DNA from: Malacoraja senta
Lineage: Eukaryota
DNA: 64,000 nucleotides
Direction: 5' to 3'
Assembly (NCBI GenBank): GCA_038087875.1
Contig: JAXLNO010004500.1
Span: 124,001-188,000, forward strand
How positions within the stretch are numbered: the first letter of the stretch is position 1; each line of letters opens with the position of its first letter. The translations under genes were made by a program, and so were the position numbers. The notes under the pieces are model-generated. The model did no database searches, was not told the DNA's origin, and saw nothing but the letters and a program-made list of their open reading frames with translations. Shown here piece after piece: positions 1 to 11,309 of the stretch.

Positions 1-204
1 GAAGATGAATCACTTCTGTTCAGAAGACATTTAACAAGGTTACACTTAAAGTGTTTATAAACATTTGTGAGGTAGGATCAGGTTATTTGACTGGAAGGTA
101 ATTTTCCCCAAGTGAATGTGGGTGGTGGGAAAATTGAGAGAGGAGATTAATTGGAATGTGAGATTTACATGGAAACATAGAAAATACTGTAGGTGCAGGA
201 GTAG

Positions 205-670
205 GCATGTAAGCCAGACCCGTTTAACCCCCTGGAGATGGTCTGTAGTGATACCTTCTAACGAGGTTTTATGTAACTAACAATATTGCTAGTTCAGTCT
301 ATAAGGCTCTTAGGGACCTTAACATTCTGGTGTAGATGTGTGACCCCACACAAACCAAGGTCCATGGGATATGCAAACATCTAGTTTGACCTTATGCCCC
401 TGGTCTGCTCTGCTTGACTAAGTCATAAACATAAAACCTTATTATTGCCCGCAGATCTTCCTACCCAGTGTTAACTTATGCAATGACTGGACCCGTTGCG
501 CTGAACTCAGCGCCCTGAGCATAATCACTAGTAAGTGAGTTTGGCCAAGGACAGGGATGTAGCTGGAGCCGACCGGCGAATTGACGTAGCACAATGTTAA
601 CAACCCATATCTCCACGTCCCTAGGCCTGGGAGGTTTTGTGTTGAAGATACCCTTCATAATCTAGATGTC
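205..670 (-). mobile_element. Degenerate DIRS-type tyrosine recombinase fragment
   Basis: Minus-strand translation gives MKGIFNTKPPRPR..EIW.V..VL, FYVYDLVKQSRPG and VSLQTISR. These match the recombinase at 44240-45235 (MKGIFNSNPPRPRYTEIWNV, FYVYDLLKQSRPG, VSTQTVSR). Frameshifted. Confidence 0.8.
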
Positions 671-711
671 AGAGGGTGAAGACCGCGCCAGCACGCATGC
701 TGATCATCCAA

Positions 712-918
712 AATCAGTACCCCGTTCCTGCTTTTTACCCATATCCTTGATTCCATTAGCCCTAAGAGCTAAATCTAACTCTATCTTGAAAACATCCAGT
801 GAATTGGTCTCCACTGCCTTCTGTGGCAAAGAATACCACAGATATACAACTCTCTGGGTGAAAACGTTTTTCCTTATCTCATTCCTAAATGGCCTACCCC
901 TTATTTTTAAACTATGAC
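712..918 (-). mobile_element. CR1 LINE 3' fragment
   Basis: Reverse complement resembles the 3' ends of the CR1 copies at 10430-10620 and 40440-40650. Confidence 0.8.
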
Positions 919-976
919 GCATGTTTCTGTGTTCGATGACTTTATTCTTGTCAGTGATTTGGTGCACACGTTAATA

Positions 977-1284
977 GTTTAGTTTAGAGATATAGAACAA
1001 AAACAGGCCCTTTGGCCCATCGAGTCTGCACCGGCCAGCGATTCATGCACCTTAACGCTACCCTACACACAAACTTGGGACAATTTAATATTTACACCAA
1101 GCCCATTAACCTATAAACATGTACGTCTTTGTACGTGGGAGGAAATCGATGGTCTTGGAGAAAACCCATGCAGATCACAGGGAGAACGTACAGACTCCAT
1201 ACAGACAGCACCTATAGTCAGGATCGAACCCGGGTCTCTGGCACTGTGAGGCAGTCGCTCTACCTCTACTGCACCGTGCCACCC
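977..1284 (-). mobile_element. tRNA-derived SINE (HE1/V-SINE-like)
   Basis: tRNA-like head (GGCACGGTGCAGTAGAG...CCCGGGTTCGATCCTG), central V-SINE-like core and (CTAAA)n tail on the minus strand. Confidence 0.85.
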
Positions 1285-1309
1285 ATAATAGTGCTGCCCA
1301 AAAGTCAAG

Positions 1310-1690
1310 AGAGTTTTATTGTCATGTGTCCCAGATAGGACAATGAATTCTTGCCTGCTGCAGCACAACAGAATATGTAAACATAACACAGAGATAAACG
1401 TTCAGTGTGTCTATATACCATAGACCATATATATACACAATAAATAAACAGATAAAGTGCAATAGGCTGTTATTGTTCAGAGTTTGTTTGATGTCGTGTT
1501 TAATAGCCTGATGGCTGTGGGGAAGAAGCTGTTCTTGAACCTGGATGTTCCAGATTTCAAGCTCCTGCAGCTTCTTCCCGATGGCAATGGAGAGATGAGT
1601 GTGTGGCCAGGATGGTGTGGGTCTTTGATGATGTTGGCCGCCATTTTGAGGCAGCGACTGCGATGGATCCCTTCGATGCTGGGGAGGTCA
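1310..1690 (-). mobile_element. Rex1/Babar LINE 3' fragment
   Basis: Minus strand encodes RFKNSFFPTAIRLLN, the typical Rex1/Babar ORF C-terminus, followed by a CAATAAA tail. Confidence 0.75.
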
Positions 1691-1873
1691 GGGCCTGTTT
1701 CTGCAATGTACCTCTAAACCAAAAAGGATGTGATGGCATCAAAAATAGTGCAGAAGGGTTTTGCCAGGTTGTTGCCTGGAATAGAGGTCTGGTGTTATGT
1801 GAAGAGATTGGATAGGCTGCATTTATTCTCACTAGAATGCAGGAGTGAAATAATGAGGGCTATAGATTGTGTC

Positions 1874-2310
1874 GGAAGGATCTGCAGATGCTGGTTTAAA
1901 CAGAAGAAAGACACAAAAAGCTGGAGTAATTCAGTGGGACATGTAGCATCACTGGAGAGAAGGAATGGGTGATATTTCGGGTCGAGACCTTTTCGGGTTG
2001 AGACCCTTCTTCAGGAAGGATCTACAGATGCTGGTTTACACCGAAGACAGACATAAAATGCTGGAGTAACTCAGTGGGACAGGCAGCATCTCTGGAGAGA
2101 AGGAATGGGTGACATTTCGGGTCGATATCCTTCTTCAGGAAGGATCTACAGATGCTGTTTTACACCGAAGGCAGACATAAAATGCTGGAGTAACTCAGCA
2201 GGCCACGCAGCATCTTTGGAGGGAAGGAATGAGTGACGTTTCTAAACATCATCCATTCCTTCTCTCCATAAATACTTCCTGCCCTGCTCCGGCATTTTGT
2301 GTCTATCTTT
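1874..2310. repeat. Three tandem Penelope-type terminal-repeat units plus an inverted partial copy
   Basis: Units start at 1874, 2014 and 2138 (140 and 124 bp) and match the 3' ends of the Penelope elements at 7520-7620 and 18350-18483. An inverted partial copy lies at about 2245-2310. Confidence 0.8.
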
Positions 2311-2767
2311 AGGGTATAGATAGGATAGAGAGTAACTGTCTCTTTCCCGGGGCAGTGGGGACTAGAACAGGAGGTTTAAGGTGATGGGAGAGAAACGTCT
2401 AGGGATCTGAGCAGATGTTTCTCACCACAGTAGTTATCTGGAATGAGCTGCAGGGGAGATGGTTGAGGCAGACATAATCACAATGTCTATAAAGCATTTG
2501 GACATTTGGTAGGAAAGTCAGGGAGGGATATGGGCGTAATTCATGTAATTGTAGATAAACATCTCAGTCAGGATAAACAAGATTGGGCAAATGGGCCTGT
2601 TTATATGCTGCAGGATTCAGTTTATTTTAAGATTCTTTCTGTGGTTTTCATTTTGCTATCTCTATTAGCCAGAATAAGCTGAAAATGGCTCAAGCAGTCT
2701 ACACCAGAGAGAACACAGCATGAACCAAAGGAAGTGAGATATGTAAAATAGGTTCTTCCGTTTTTGA

Positions 2768-3080
2768 GTTTAGCTACACAGCACGGAAACAGGCCTTTCA
2801 GCCCACCGAGTCTGCACCGACCAGCGACTAACCCGCACACTAATAATATCCTATGCACACGAGGGACAATTTGACACGTGCATCAAGCCAATTAACCTAC
2901 ATTCCTGCACGTCTTTGGAGTGTGGGAGGAAATCGAAGATCTCGGTGAAAATCCACGCAGGTCACGGGGAGATCGTACTAACTCCGTACAGACAGCACCC
3001 ATAGTCAGGATTGAAACCGGGTCTCTGGCACTGCAAACACTGTAAGGCAGCAACTCTACAACTGTGCCACTGTGCCGCCC
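2768..3080 (-). mobile_element. HE1/V-SINE-like SINE
   Basis: Same head, core and tail as 4503-4797, reverse orientation. Confidence 0.85.
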
Positions 3081-3164
3081 TTATTGGTAACTTTGTGTGA
3101 TCTCATTTTGTTAGGATGCAAATTCTATGGGAACGCTTTCTCAAAGAGATAGATAATGATGTAG

Positions 3165-3448
3165 ATACAACAAACTGCAGCTGCTGGTTTGTACCAAAGA
3201 GTGTCACAAAGTGCTGGAGTAACTCAATGGGTCAGAGGTGTTCTACAGCATCTCTGTAGATAAAGGATGGGTGATGCTGGGTGAAGCTTCAGGTTGGGAT
3301 CCTTCTTCAGACTGATGTGTCGGGTTGGGACCCTTCTTCAGACTAACCCTACTTGAGACTGAAGTAGGGTCCCGACCCAAAGTGTCATCCAGCCTTTTTC
3401 TCCAGAGATGCTGCCCGTCTCGCTGAGTTACTTGAGCACTCTGTGTCT
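3165..3448. repeat. Inverted pair of Penelope-type terminal repeats
   Basis: ...GCTGGAGTAACTCA...CCCTTCTTCAGACT followed by the reverse-complement copy ending CTGAGTTACTTGAGCAC. Confidence 0.7.
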
Positions 3449-3770
3449 AAGGTTGATAATGAGTTGTTCAATCCTGATTTTTTGTGATGTTAATTTCTGC
3501 ATGTTCACAGGGCAGACTGTGAGAGTAAACAGTTGAAAAACTAGTCTAGCAGGAAATGTGTGGTATTTGAGTAAGTGTGAATGTGGGGCCTCTCCAGTGA
3601 GACAATAGGGGAACTCCCTGACAAAGGGGGATGTGGTGAACAAGTCACCAGGAGGTCATATCAAAGCAGAAGTTAAATGTTACATTGATATTTTTAGTCT
3701 GCTGTTGATGTATTGGCATGGTGCAATCCGATTTGGACAACTTACTGTATATTGCAGCTCAAGATGATTA

Positions 3771-4050
3771 TAGATATATAGCATTGGAACAGGCTCTTCA
3801 GCCCACCAAGTCCACGCTGAACAGCGATCACCGTACAGTACCAATATCCTATAGACTAGCAACAATTTATAATCTTTACCAAACCCTATTAAACTACAAA
3901 CTCATCTTTGGAGTGTGGGAGGAAGCTGGAGCACCCAGGGAAAACCCACAGGTAGAATGTAAAAACTCCATACAGACAGCACCCATGGTCAGGATTGAAC
4001 CTGGCGGTCTCTTGAGCTGTAAGGCATTAACTCTACTGCTGTTCCACCGT
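3771..4050 (-). mobile_element. HE1/V-SINE-like SINE
   Basis: Diverged copy with the TTTGGAGTGTGGGAGGAA core and a GTCAGGATTGAACC B-box complement. Confidence 0.75.
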
Positions 4051-4502
4051 GTCACCCTTTTGTGGGGGATCATGCAGAAGCCTCCTCGTGGCGATCCACG
4101 GAACCGACAACACGATGCACTCTGTGACGCGTCGGGCGACCAATTCTGTCAACATGTTGGACGACGACAGAAGCCAACAGTGAGCTACACCTCGTCTGAC
4201 ACACGAGCGAATGAACACTTGTTAGACTAATCAACTGAAGGTTACGACTTATAAATATGATGTGATGCAACTAATTGAGAGTGCAGCACAGAAACAAGCC
4301 CTTTGACCCATCATGTCCATACTAACTATTTTGGGACCTGATCTCTTTTTATCTTCCTGATATTTCCAATATCTACCCCTAGATTTTACTCTTTAACGAC
4401 ACACGGAGCAATAAATGGTGGCCTGTGATCCAAATAACTGCCGTGACTTCCCTTTGTGGGTGGAATATCTGAATATCATATTTCCAAATGTTGATCAGTA
4501 AG

Positions 4503-4797
4503 GGCGACACGGTGGGGCAGCGATAGAGTTGCTGCCTTAAAGTGCCAGAGCCCCGGGTCCGATCCTGACTATGGCTGCTGTCTGTACGGAGTTTGTACAT
4601 TCTCCCCATGACCAGTGGGTTTTCGCCAAGATCTTCGGTTTCCTCCCACTCTCCAAAGACGTACAGGTTTGTAGGTTAATAGGCTTGATATAAATGTAAA
4701 TTGTCCTTCGTGTGTAGGATAGTGTTAATGTGCGGGGATCTGTGCGGACTCGTGCTGAAGGGCCTGTTTCCACACTGTATCTCTAAACTAAACTAAA
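4503..4797 (+). mobile_element. HE1/V-SINE-like SINE, full length
   Basis: Head with Pol III A/B-box-like motifs (GGTGGGGCAGCGATAGAG...GGTCCGATCC), core GGTTTCCTCCCACTCTCCAAAGACGTACAGG and tail CTCTAAACTAAACTAAA. Confidence 0.9.
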
Positions 4798-5166
4798 ATA
4801 ATCTAAGTAAGCTTGACATTTAGAATCGTGTACAGCATAGAAACAGGCCCTTCAGCCCAGCTTATCTATGCCAGCCAAGATGCCCCATCTACCCTTGACC
4901 CACCTATCTATATTTTAGCTTAGTTTAATTTATTATTAATGTCACGTGTACTGTTTTACTGCGAAAATGTTTCTTGTGTGCTATCCAGTCAGTGAAAAGA
5001 CTACATTACAATGAAGCCGTTCACAATCTATAGATACAGGGTAAATTATATCATGTTTAGTGCAATGTAAATCCAATTGGTGTTTTGCCGATTTCCCTCC
5101 AAACCTTTCCTATCCATAGAAATTTCTATTACTTGACAATAATTGTATTATTTTCTTTGTGTCTAG

Positions 5167-5427
5167 GGCCTCACACACTGATCTATTACTACACCCTGAA
5201 CCACAGGAGTACTCATCTACCAGAATATAGTGTCGTGGGTGTACTGGACGGTTGTGAGATACAGTATTATGACAAAAACATGGTCATTACAGTTCCAAGA
5301 CAGAAATGTATGGCGGCTGCATTTGACAGGAATTACTGGGTAACAAATACGGTCTCTGAAACTGGTTTCCATGGAATCATCAAAGGGCAAGTCGATGAAT
5401 GGATGCGGAGGCAGAACGAAACAGCAA
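5167..5427 (+). CDS. MHC class I-like heavy chain, alpha1 exon
   Basis: 261-bp phase1/phase1 exon (ctag|GG...A|gttagt) encoding GPHTLIYYYT...PEYSVVGVLDG...YYD...PRQK.M...DRNYW...RRQNETA. It keeps Y7, Y59, R84 and the N86 glycosylation sequon (HLA-A2 numbering, aligned by eye). Confidence 0.93.
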
Positions 5428-5559
5428 GTTAGTTCATTCATTTCAATACAATTGGAGTGTGATCAATGTTCATAAAAAAACATCTCAAAGAAATTTCTCG
5501 CTGTGCCAGAGACCCAGGTTTGATCCTGACTACACGTTCTACCTGTGAACACAGATATT

Positions 5560-5960
5560 TCATTGTATCATTGTATTGTATATCTTTATTGTCATTTCCT
5601 GAGTATTCGCATACCCAGAGGAAACAAAAAAACATTCCTCAACCAGTGTCCATTTCAGTGTGCAGTAAAAAATAAATAGAAGCAAAAATACATATATCAT
5701 GAACAAATTAACACTCTACTCTACTAAACATCAACAGGCGTTCCGATCGGCAGCGGCACGACAGTGGCTCTGCTGCAGTGTGTCCAGGTTGGTGGTTGGT
5801 GCACGATACTTTGGCAGGGGACAAAGTCCGTTTATCAGTCTTATAACCTGCGGAAAGAAGCTGAGGAGCATCCTGCTGGTTTTGCACCTAATGCTCCGGT
5901 ACCTCTTCCCAGATGGCAGGATGGAGAATATGTGATGCGATGGGTGGTAGGGGTCTTTGA
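5560..5960 (-). mobile_element. Rex1/Babar LINE 3' fragment
   Basis: TTTATTGTCA tail and a GGAAAGAAGCTG...CTCTTCCCAGATGGCAG block similar to 1490-1600. Confidence 0.65.
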
Positions 5961-6699
5961 CTCCAGGTGCTCCGGTTTCGTCCCATATCTTGAAAACGTG
6001 AGAGTTTGTAGGTTAATTGGGCTCTGTAAATTACTCTTGTGTGCTGAGAATGCGTGAGAAAGTGGGATTACATAGATGTGTAGGAAGGAACTGAAGGTGC
6101 TGGTTTACAGCAAAGATAGGCACAATGTGCTGGAGTAACTCAGCGGGACAGGCAGCATCTCTGGATACAAGGAATGGATGACTTTTCAGGTCAAGACCCT
6201 TCCTCAGACAGAGTGTTTCCCCTGACTTACTCCAGCATTTTGTGTCCATTTTGGGATAACATAGAACTAGTGTGAAAGATGATCGATGGTTGGCATGGAA
6301 TTGGTGGGCAGAATGGCCCATTTCCATGCTGAGTTACTACCCTAAGAACTGCAGATGCTGCAAATGTGAAAGAAAAACCAAAAATGTCATTGTCTGATGG
6401 CTTCATTGTCAGTTTATCACCATGGAAACCTGTCTACCTTATCAGTGATACCCGCTATGTCCAACCATGCCTCCCACTCCTGTCTGTAACTTACACATTC
6501 TCACAATTCTGAAGCATTAATTTTGTTTCTCTTTCCATAGGTTCTGTTGAACTTGCTGTGTGTTCCAGCATTTTACAAATAATTGAAATGTTGGTGGCTT
6601 TTCGAATGGTTAAAATCCCTTGCGTACCTCACCAATTGTTTTTACTTTTATTGACAAATTTTGAAAGAAAAGTAGTGTGAAATATTTAAAGGATAACCT

Positions 6700-6922
6700 A
6701 AATGGCATTGTGGTTCAGCCGTAGTGATACTGCCGTAGTGCCAGAGACCCAGGGTTGATCCTGGCCTCAGGTGCTGTCTGTACAGAGTTTGTACGTACTC
6801 CCCGTGACCTGCGTGGGATTTCCCCGGATGCTCCGGTTTCCTCCCACACTCCAAGCCTGTATGCCAAAGGGGATCACTGGACACTGTGGACCCTAAGGGC
6901 TGTTTTCGTGCTATATCTCTAA
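6700..6922 (+). mobile_element. HE1/V-SINE-like SINE
   Basis: Head, GGATGCTCCGGTTTCCTCCCACACTCCAA core and a shortened tail. Confidence 0.8.
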
Positions 6923-7519
6923 ATTATCTTGGGCACCAATTGTAAAGTAAGCTGTCCAAATCCGTCTGCACCACACTTGTACATCCATATAATTTGCAAT
7001 TGGACATGTTTTATATTGTAAATCAATAAGTCCTATCACCATTACTGTGTTAATTCAATGACATTCGTAGTGTACCATTGAACAAAGCAGGACTAGACGT
7101 GGGGGAACCATCGTGAGGTGGGGGACAAAGGAGGACCTGGTGTGGGAGACTTTATAACTTTGTCGGTGCCCTTTATGTGAAGAATCTTTACATACGTTGG
7201 GTTTACAAAACAAAGAATTTCACTGTGACTTATCACATGCTACAATAAAGTGTCATTCATTCATGATTAATTATTTCTGAAAACATTGCTTTTTGTTACC
7301 TCTTCCGTTACACATTAAACAAATTATATTATTAATCTTTAACTGGACTAAAACAGGGTGAGGGTGCAAACAGGGAACAATACATCAAAATATTATGCAC
7401 TGGGACAATCTTTGTGCTCAGAGAGTGGTCAGCATATGGAATGACCTGCCAGAGAATGGAGTTGCGGCAGGTACAATAACAATATTTATAAGACCCATGG
7501 ACAGGGACATGCATAGGTA

Positions 7520-7985
7520 GATAAAAGTGCTGGAGAAACTCAGCGGGTGAGGCAGCATCTATGGAGCGAAGGAAATGGGCAACGTTTCGGGCCGAAAATC
7601 CTTCTTCAGACTGATGTGAGGGTGGGGGAGAGGGGGGGGGCGCAGGAAAAAGAAAGGGAAAGGTGGAGCCAGTGGGCTGAGGGAGAGCTGAGATGGGGAG
7701 GAGAAAGTAAGGACTACCTGAAATTAAAAAAGTCAATGTTCATACCGCTGGGGTGCAATCTGCCCAAGCGAAATATGAGGTGCTGCTCCTCCAATTTACG
7801 GTGGTCCTCACTCTGGCCATGGAGGAGACCGAGGGCAGAAAGGTCGGATTTGGAATGGGAGGGGGGAGTTGAAGTGCTGATCCACCGGGAGATCAGGTTG
7901 GTTGTTGCGAACCGAGCGGAGGCGTTCTGCGAAACGATCGCCAAGCCTGCGCTTGGTCTCACCGATGTAGAGCAGCTGACATCTA
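7520..7985 (-). mobile_element. Penelope-like element 3' fragment (GIY-YIG C-terminus plus terminal repeat)
   Basis: Minus strand encodes SHSKSDLSALGLLH...RKLEEQHLIFRLGRLHPSGMNIDFFNFR, homologous to the + strand copy at 17640-18483. Confidence 0.85.
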
Positions 7986-8834
7986 GAGAGAAACGTTTTG
8001 AATGATGTCTACCCATTGCAGGGTAAATGGGACTAGCTTAAATGGGGTATCTTGATTAGCATGGACAAGTTGGGCCAAAGGGCTTGTTTCCCTGCTGTGT
8101 GACTCTCTATGATTGCTTTATAGCAAAGAGCGCTGCTGCCTCACAGCTCCAGTGATCCGTGTTCAATCATCTCCAGTGCCGTCTGCGTGGAGTATAAGCA
8201 TTCTCCCTGTGACAATGTGTGTTCTCCAGTTTCCTCCCACATACCTAAATGTGTTGATTTAGTAGATTAAACCACCGCTGAAAATAGGTGGATTTGTGGC
8301 ATTGATAGAAATGAGGAAGATCCGTTTTGGGGAAAATTAGTGTTGGAATGGTTTTGTTCTCTGGGCTAGAGTGGGCTCAGGAGGCTGAAAGGCCTCTTTC
8401 TCTGTCACATGGATTTATGGGCAGTTATTTATCATTGAACTGCCTTCTTTCTCATTTTAGTCAACAGTGTAAAATTGAACTAATTGTCTGGATTGAACTA
8501 TTTAACAATTGTAGATGAAAGGAAGAGCAGAGGCTGCTTTCCTCCACACACAAAGTGCTGAGGAACTCAACGGGTCAAGTGGCATCTTTGGAGAACATCG
8601 GAAGGCAGATATTTCGGGTGAGGATCCTACTTCAGACTGAAGTTGGGTCACATTAGAACATGCTTTGTACTCACACTCACAGTCCAGTGTTAGTTTTCAA
8701 GGATTTTTTGATAGTCACAGCTTGTAGTTGTTACATATTCAGCAGAGAGAAGACGAGACAAACTAAAGCACCTGCAAAACACAACTAAAAGACCGCAGAA
8801 GGAAGCTAGAAAAGAAGGCTCTTATCTAAACAAC

Positions 8835-10825
8835 GTACTTTCAAGAGAGAGTTAGATTTAGCTCTTAAGGCTAAAGGAATCAAGGGATATGGGGGAAAAG
8901 ATTAGTTAAAACAAATGTAGGTCCCTTGCAGTCAGAAACAGGTGAATTGATCATGGGGAACAAGGACATGGCAGACCAATTGAATAACTACTTTGGTTCT
9001 GTATTCACTAAGGAAGACTTAATTAACTGCCGAAAATAGCAGGGGACCGGGGGTCAAATGAGATGGAGGAACTGAGTGAAATCCAGGTTAGCCGGGAAGT
9101 GGTGTTAGGTAAATTGAATGGATTAAAGGCCGATAAATCCCCAGGGCCAGATAGGCTGCATCCCAGAGTACTTAAGGAAGTAGCCCCAGAAATAGTGGAT
9201 GCATTAGTGATAATTTTTCAAAACTCTTTAGATTCTGGAGTAGTTCCTGAGGATTGGAGGGTACCTAATGTAACCCCACTTTTTAAAAAGGGAGGGAGAG
9301 AGAAAACGGGGAATTACAGACCAGTTAGTCTAACATCGGTAGTGGGGAAACTGCTAGAGTCAGTTATTAAAGATGGGATAGCAGCACATTAGGAAAATGG
9401 TGAAATCATTGGACAAAGTCAGCATGGATTTACGAAAGGTAAATCATGTCTGACGAATCATAAAAAATTTCGAGGATGTAACTAGTAGAGTGGATAAGGG
9501 AGAACCACTGGATGTGTTATATCTGGACTTTCAGAAGACTTTCGACAAGGTCCCACATAAGAGATTAATATACAAACTTAAAGCACACGGTATTGGGGGT
9601 TCAGTATTGATGTGGATAGAGAACTGGCTGGCAGACAGGAAGCAAAGAGTAAGAGTAAACGGGTCCTTTTCAGAATGGCAGGCAGTGACTAGTGGGGTAC
9701 CGCAAGGCTCAGTGCTGGGACCCCAGCTATTTACAATATATATTAATGATTTGGAAGAGGGAATTGAATGCAAAATCTCCAAGTTTGCGGATGACACGAA
9801 GCTGGGGGGCAGTGTTAGCTGTGAGGAGGGTACTGGGAGGCTGCAAGGTGACTTGGATAGGCTGGGTGAGTGGGCAAATGCATGGCAGATGCAGTATAAT
9901 GTGGATAAATGTGTGGTTATCCACTTTGGTGGCAAAAACAGGAAAGTAGACTATTACCTGAATGGTGGCCGATTAGGAAAACGGGAGATGCAACGAGACC
10001 TGGGTGTCATGGTACACCAGTCATTGAAAGTAGGCATGCAGGTGCAGCAGGCAGTGAAGAAAGCGAATGGTATGTTAGCATTCATAGCAAAATGATTTGA
10101 GGAGCAGGGAGGTTTTACTGCAGTTGTTCAGGGTCTTGGTGAGACCACACCTGGAGTATTGCCTACAGTTTTGGTCTCCTAATCTGAGGAAGGAAATTCT
10201 TGCCATAGAGGGAGTACAGAGAAGGTTCACCAGACTGATTCCTGGGATGTAAGGACTTTCATATGAAGAAAGACTGGATAGACTCGGCTTGTACTCGCTA
10301 GAATTTAGAAGACTGAGGGGGGATCTTATAGAAACTTACAAAATTCTTAAGGGGTTGGACAGGCTAGATGCAGGAAGATTGTTCCCGATTTTGGGGAAGT
10401 CCAGAACAAGGGGTCACAGTTTAAGGATAAAGGGGAAATCTTTTAGGACTGAGATGAGAAAAACATTTTTACACAGAGAGTGGTGAATCTCTGGAATTCT
10501 CTGCCACAGAATGTAGTTGAGCCCCGTTCATTGGCTATATTTAAGAGGGAGTTAGATGTGGCCCTTGTGGCTAAAGGGATCAGGGGTTATGGAGAGAAGG
10601 CAGGTACAGGATACTGAGTTGGATGATCAGCCATGATCATATTGAATGGCGGTGCAGGATCGAAGGGCCGAATGGCCTTCTCCTGCAACTATTTTCTGTG
10701 TTTCTATGTTTCTAAAAGCAGGAATGGGGTACTGCTTCTAGATGCAGGCATGATCATATTGAAAGGCGGTGCTGGCTCAAATGGCCGAATGGCCTACTCC
10801 TGTGCCTATTTTTCTATGTTTCTAT
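8835..10825 (+). mobile_element. CR1 LINE, 5'-truncated (RT domain and 3' UTR)
   Basis: KSPGPD, NYRPVSLTS, YLDFQK.FDKVPH, GVPQGSVLGP and KFADDTKL motifs with stops and frameshifts. (TTCTATGT)n-type tail near 10700 and a second tail copy to 10825. Confidence 0.93.
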
Positions 10826-11309
10826 AATTAGTATACATTCAGCTATTTGTGGTGTTTCTTGAAAACATGAAGACGAGAGAATGTAAAGGATCTGCAGAAC
10901 AACTAAAAGACTGCAGAAAGCAGCTTGAAAAGAAGGGTCTTCATCTATGCAACATAATTATGTTTTATTCAGCTATCATTGTTTGTAGAGTTTCTTATTG
11001 GAATGAAAACATCATCCAAGTTTTGACCCTTCCTTGTTACTCCTGGTCCCAGGGGCATGGTTGGCATTAGCTCATTACCTTCATCCTGATAAAGGGTTGG
11101 TGTTCACAGCTGTGCCTAGGTTTTTATCAGTTACAACCTTGAGTTCACAAACTGTTCTTTGTCTCTGGGCTAAAGTTCACAGACTCTCCTTTTCAAGGAG
11201 TGAGCAGTTTTAAGCAAACTGACTTCAGCAAATCCTTACAAATTCCATCACCCCCCCCCCCCACTTTGATTCATCAATCAATGCCAGAGGGAATGAATCA
11301 TCTAAGTAA

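Noticed and set aside
3459-3535. ATG-initiated MSCSILIFCDVNFCMFTG as the MHC leader exon
   Set aside because: There is no phase-1 GT donor at a suitable position and the signal-peptide character is weak.
4487-4502. ATGTTGATCA|GTAAGG as a mini first exon
   Set aside because: The phase fits, but it encodes only three residues with no signal peptide, and the donor overlaps the start of a SINE.
4503-4575. tRNA-like sequences (here and in other SINE heads)
   Set aside because: They are SINE 5' heads with A/B boxes fused to the SINE core and do not form complete tRNA genes.
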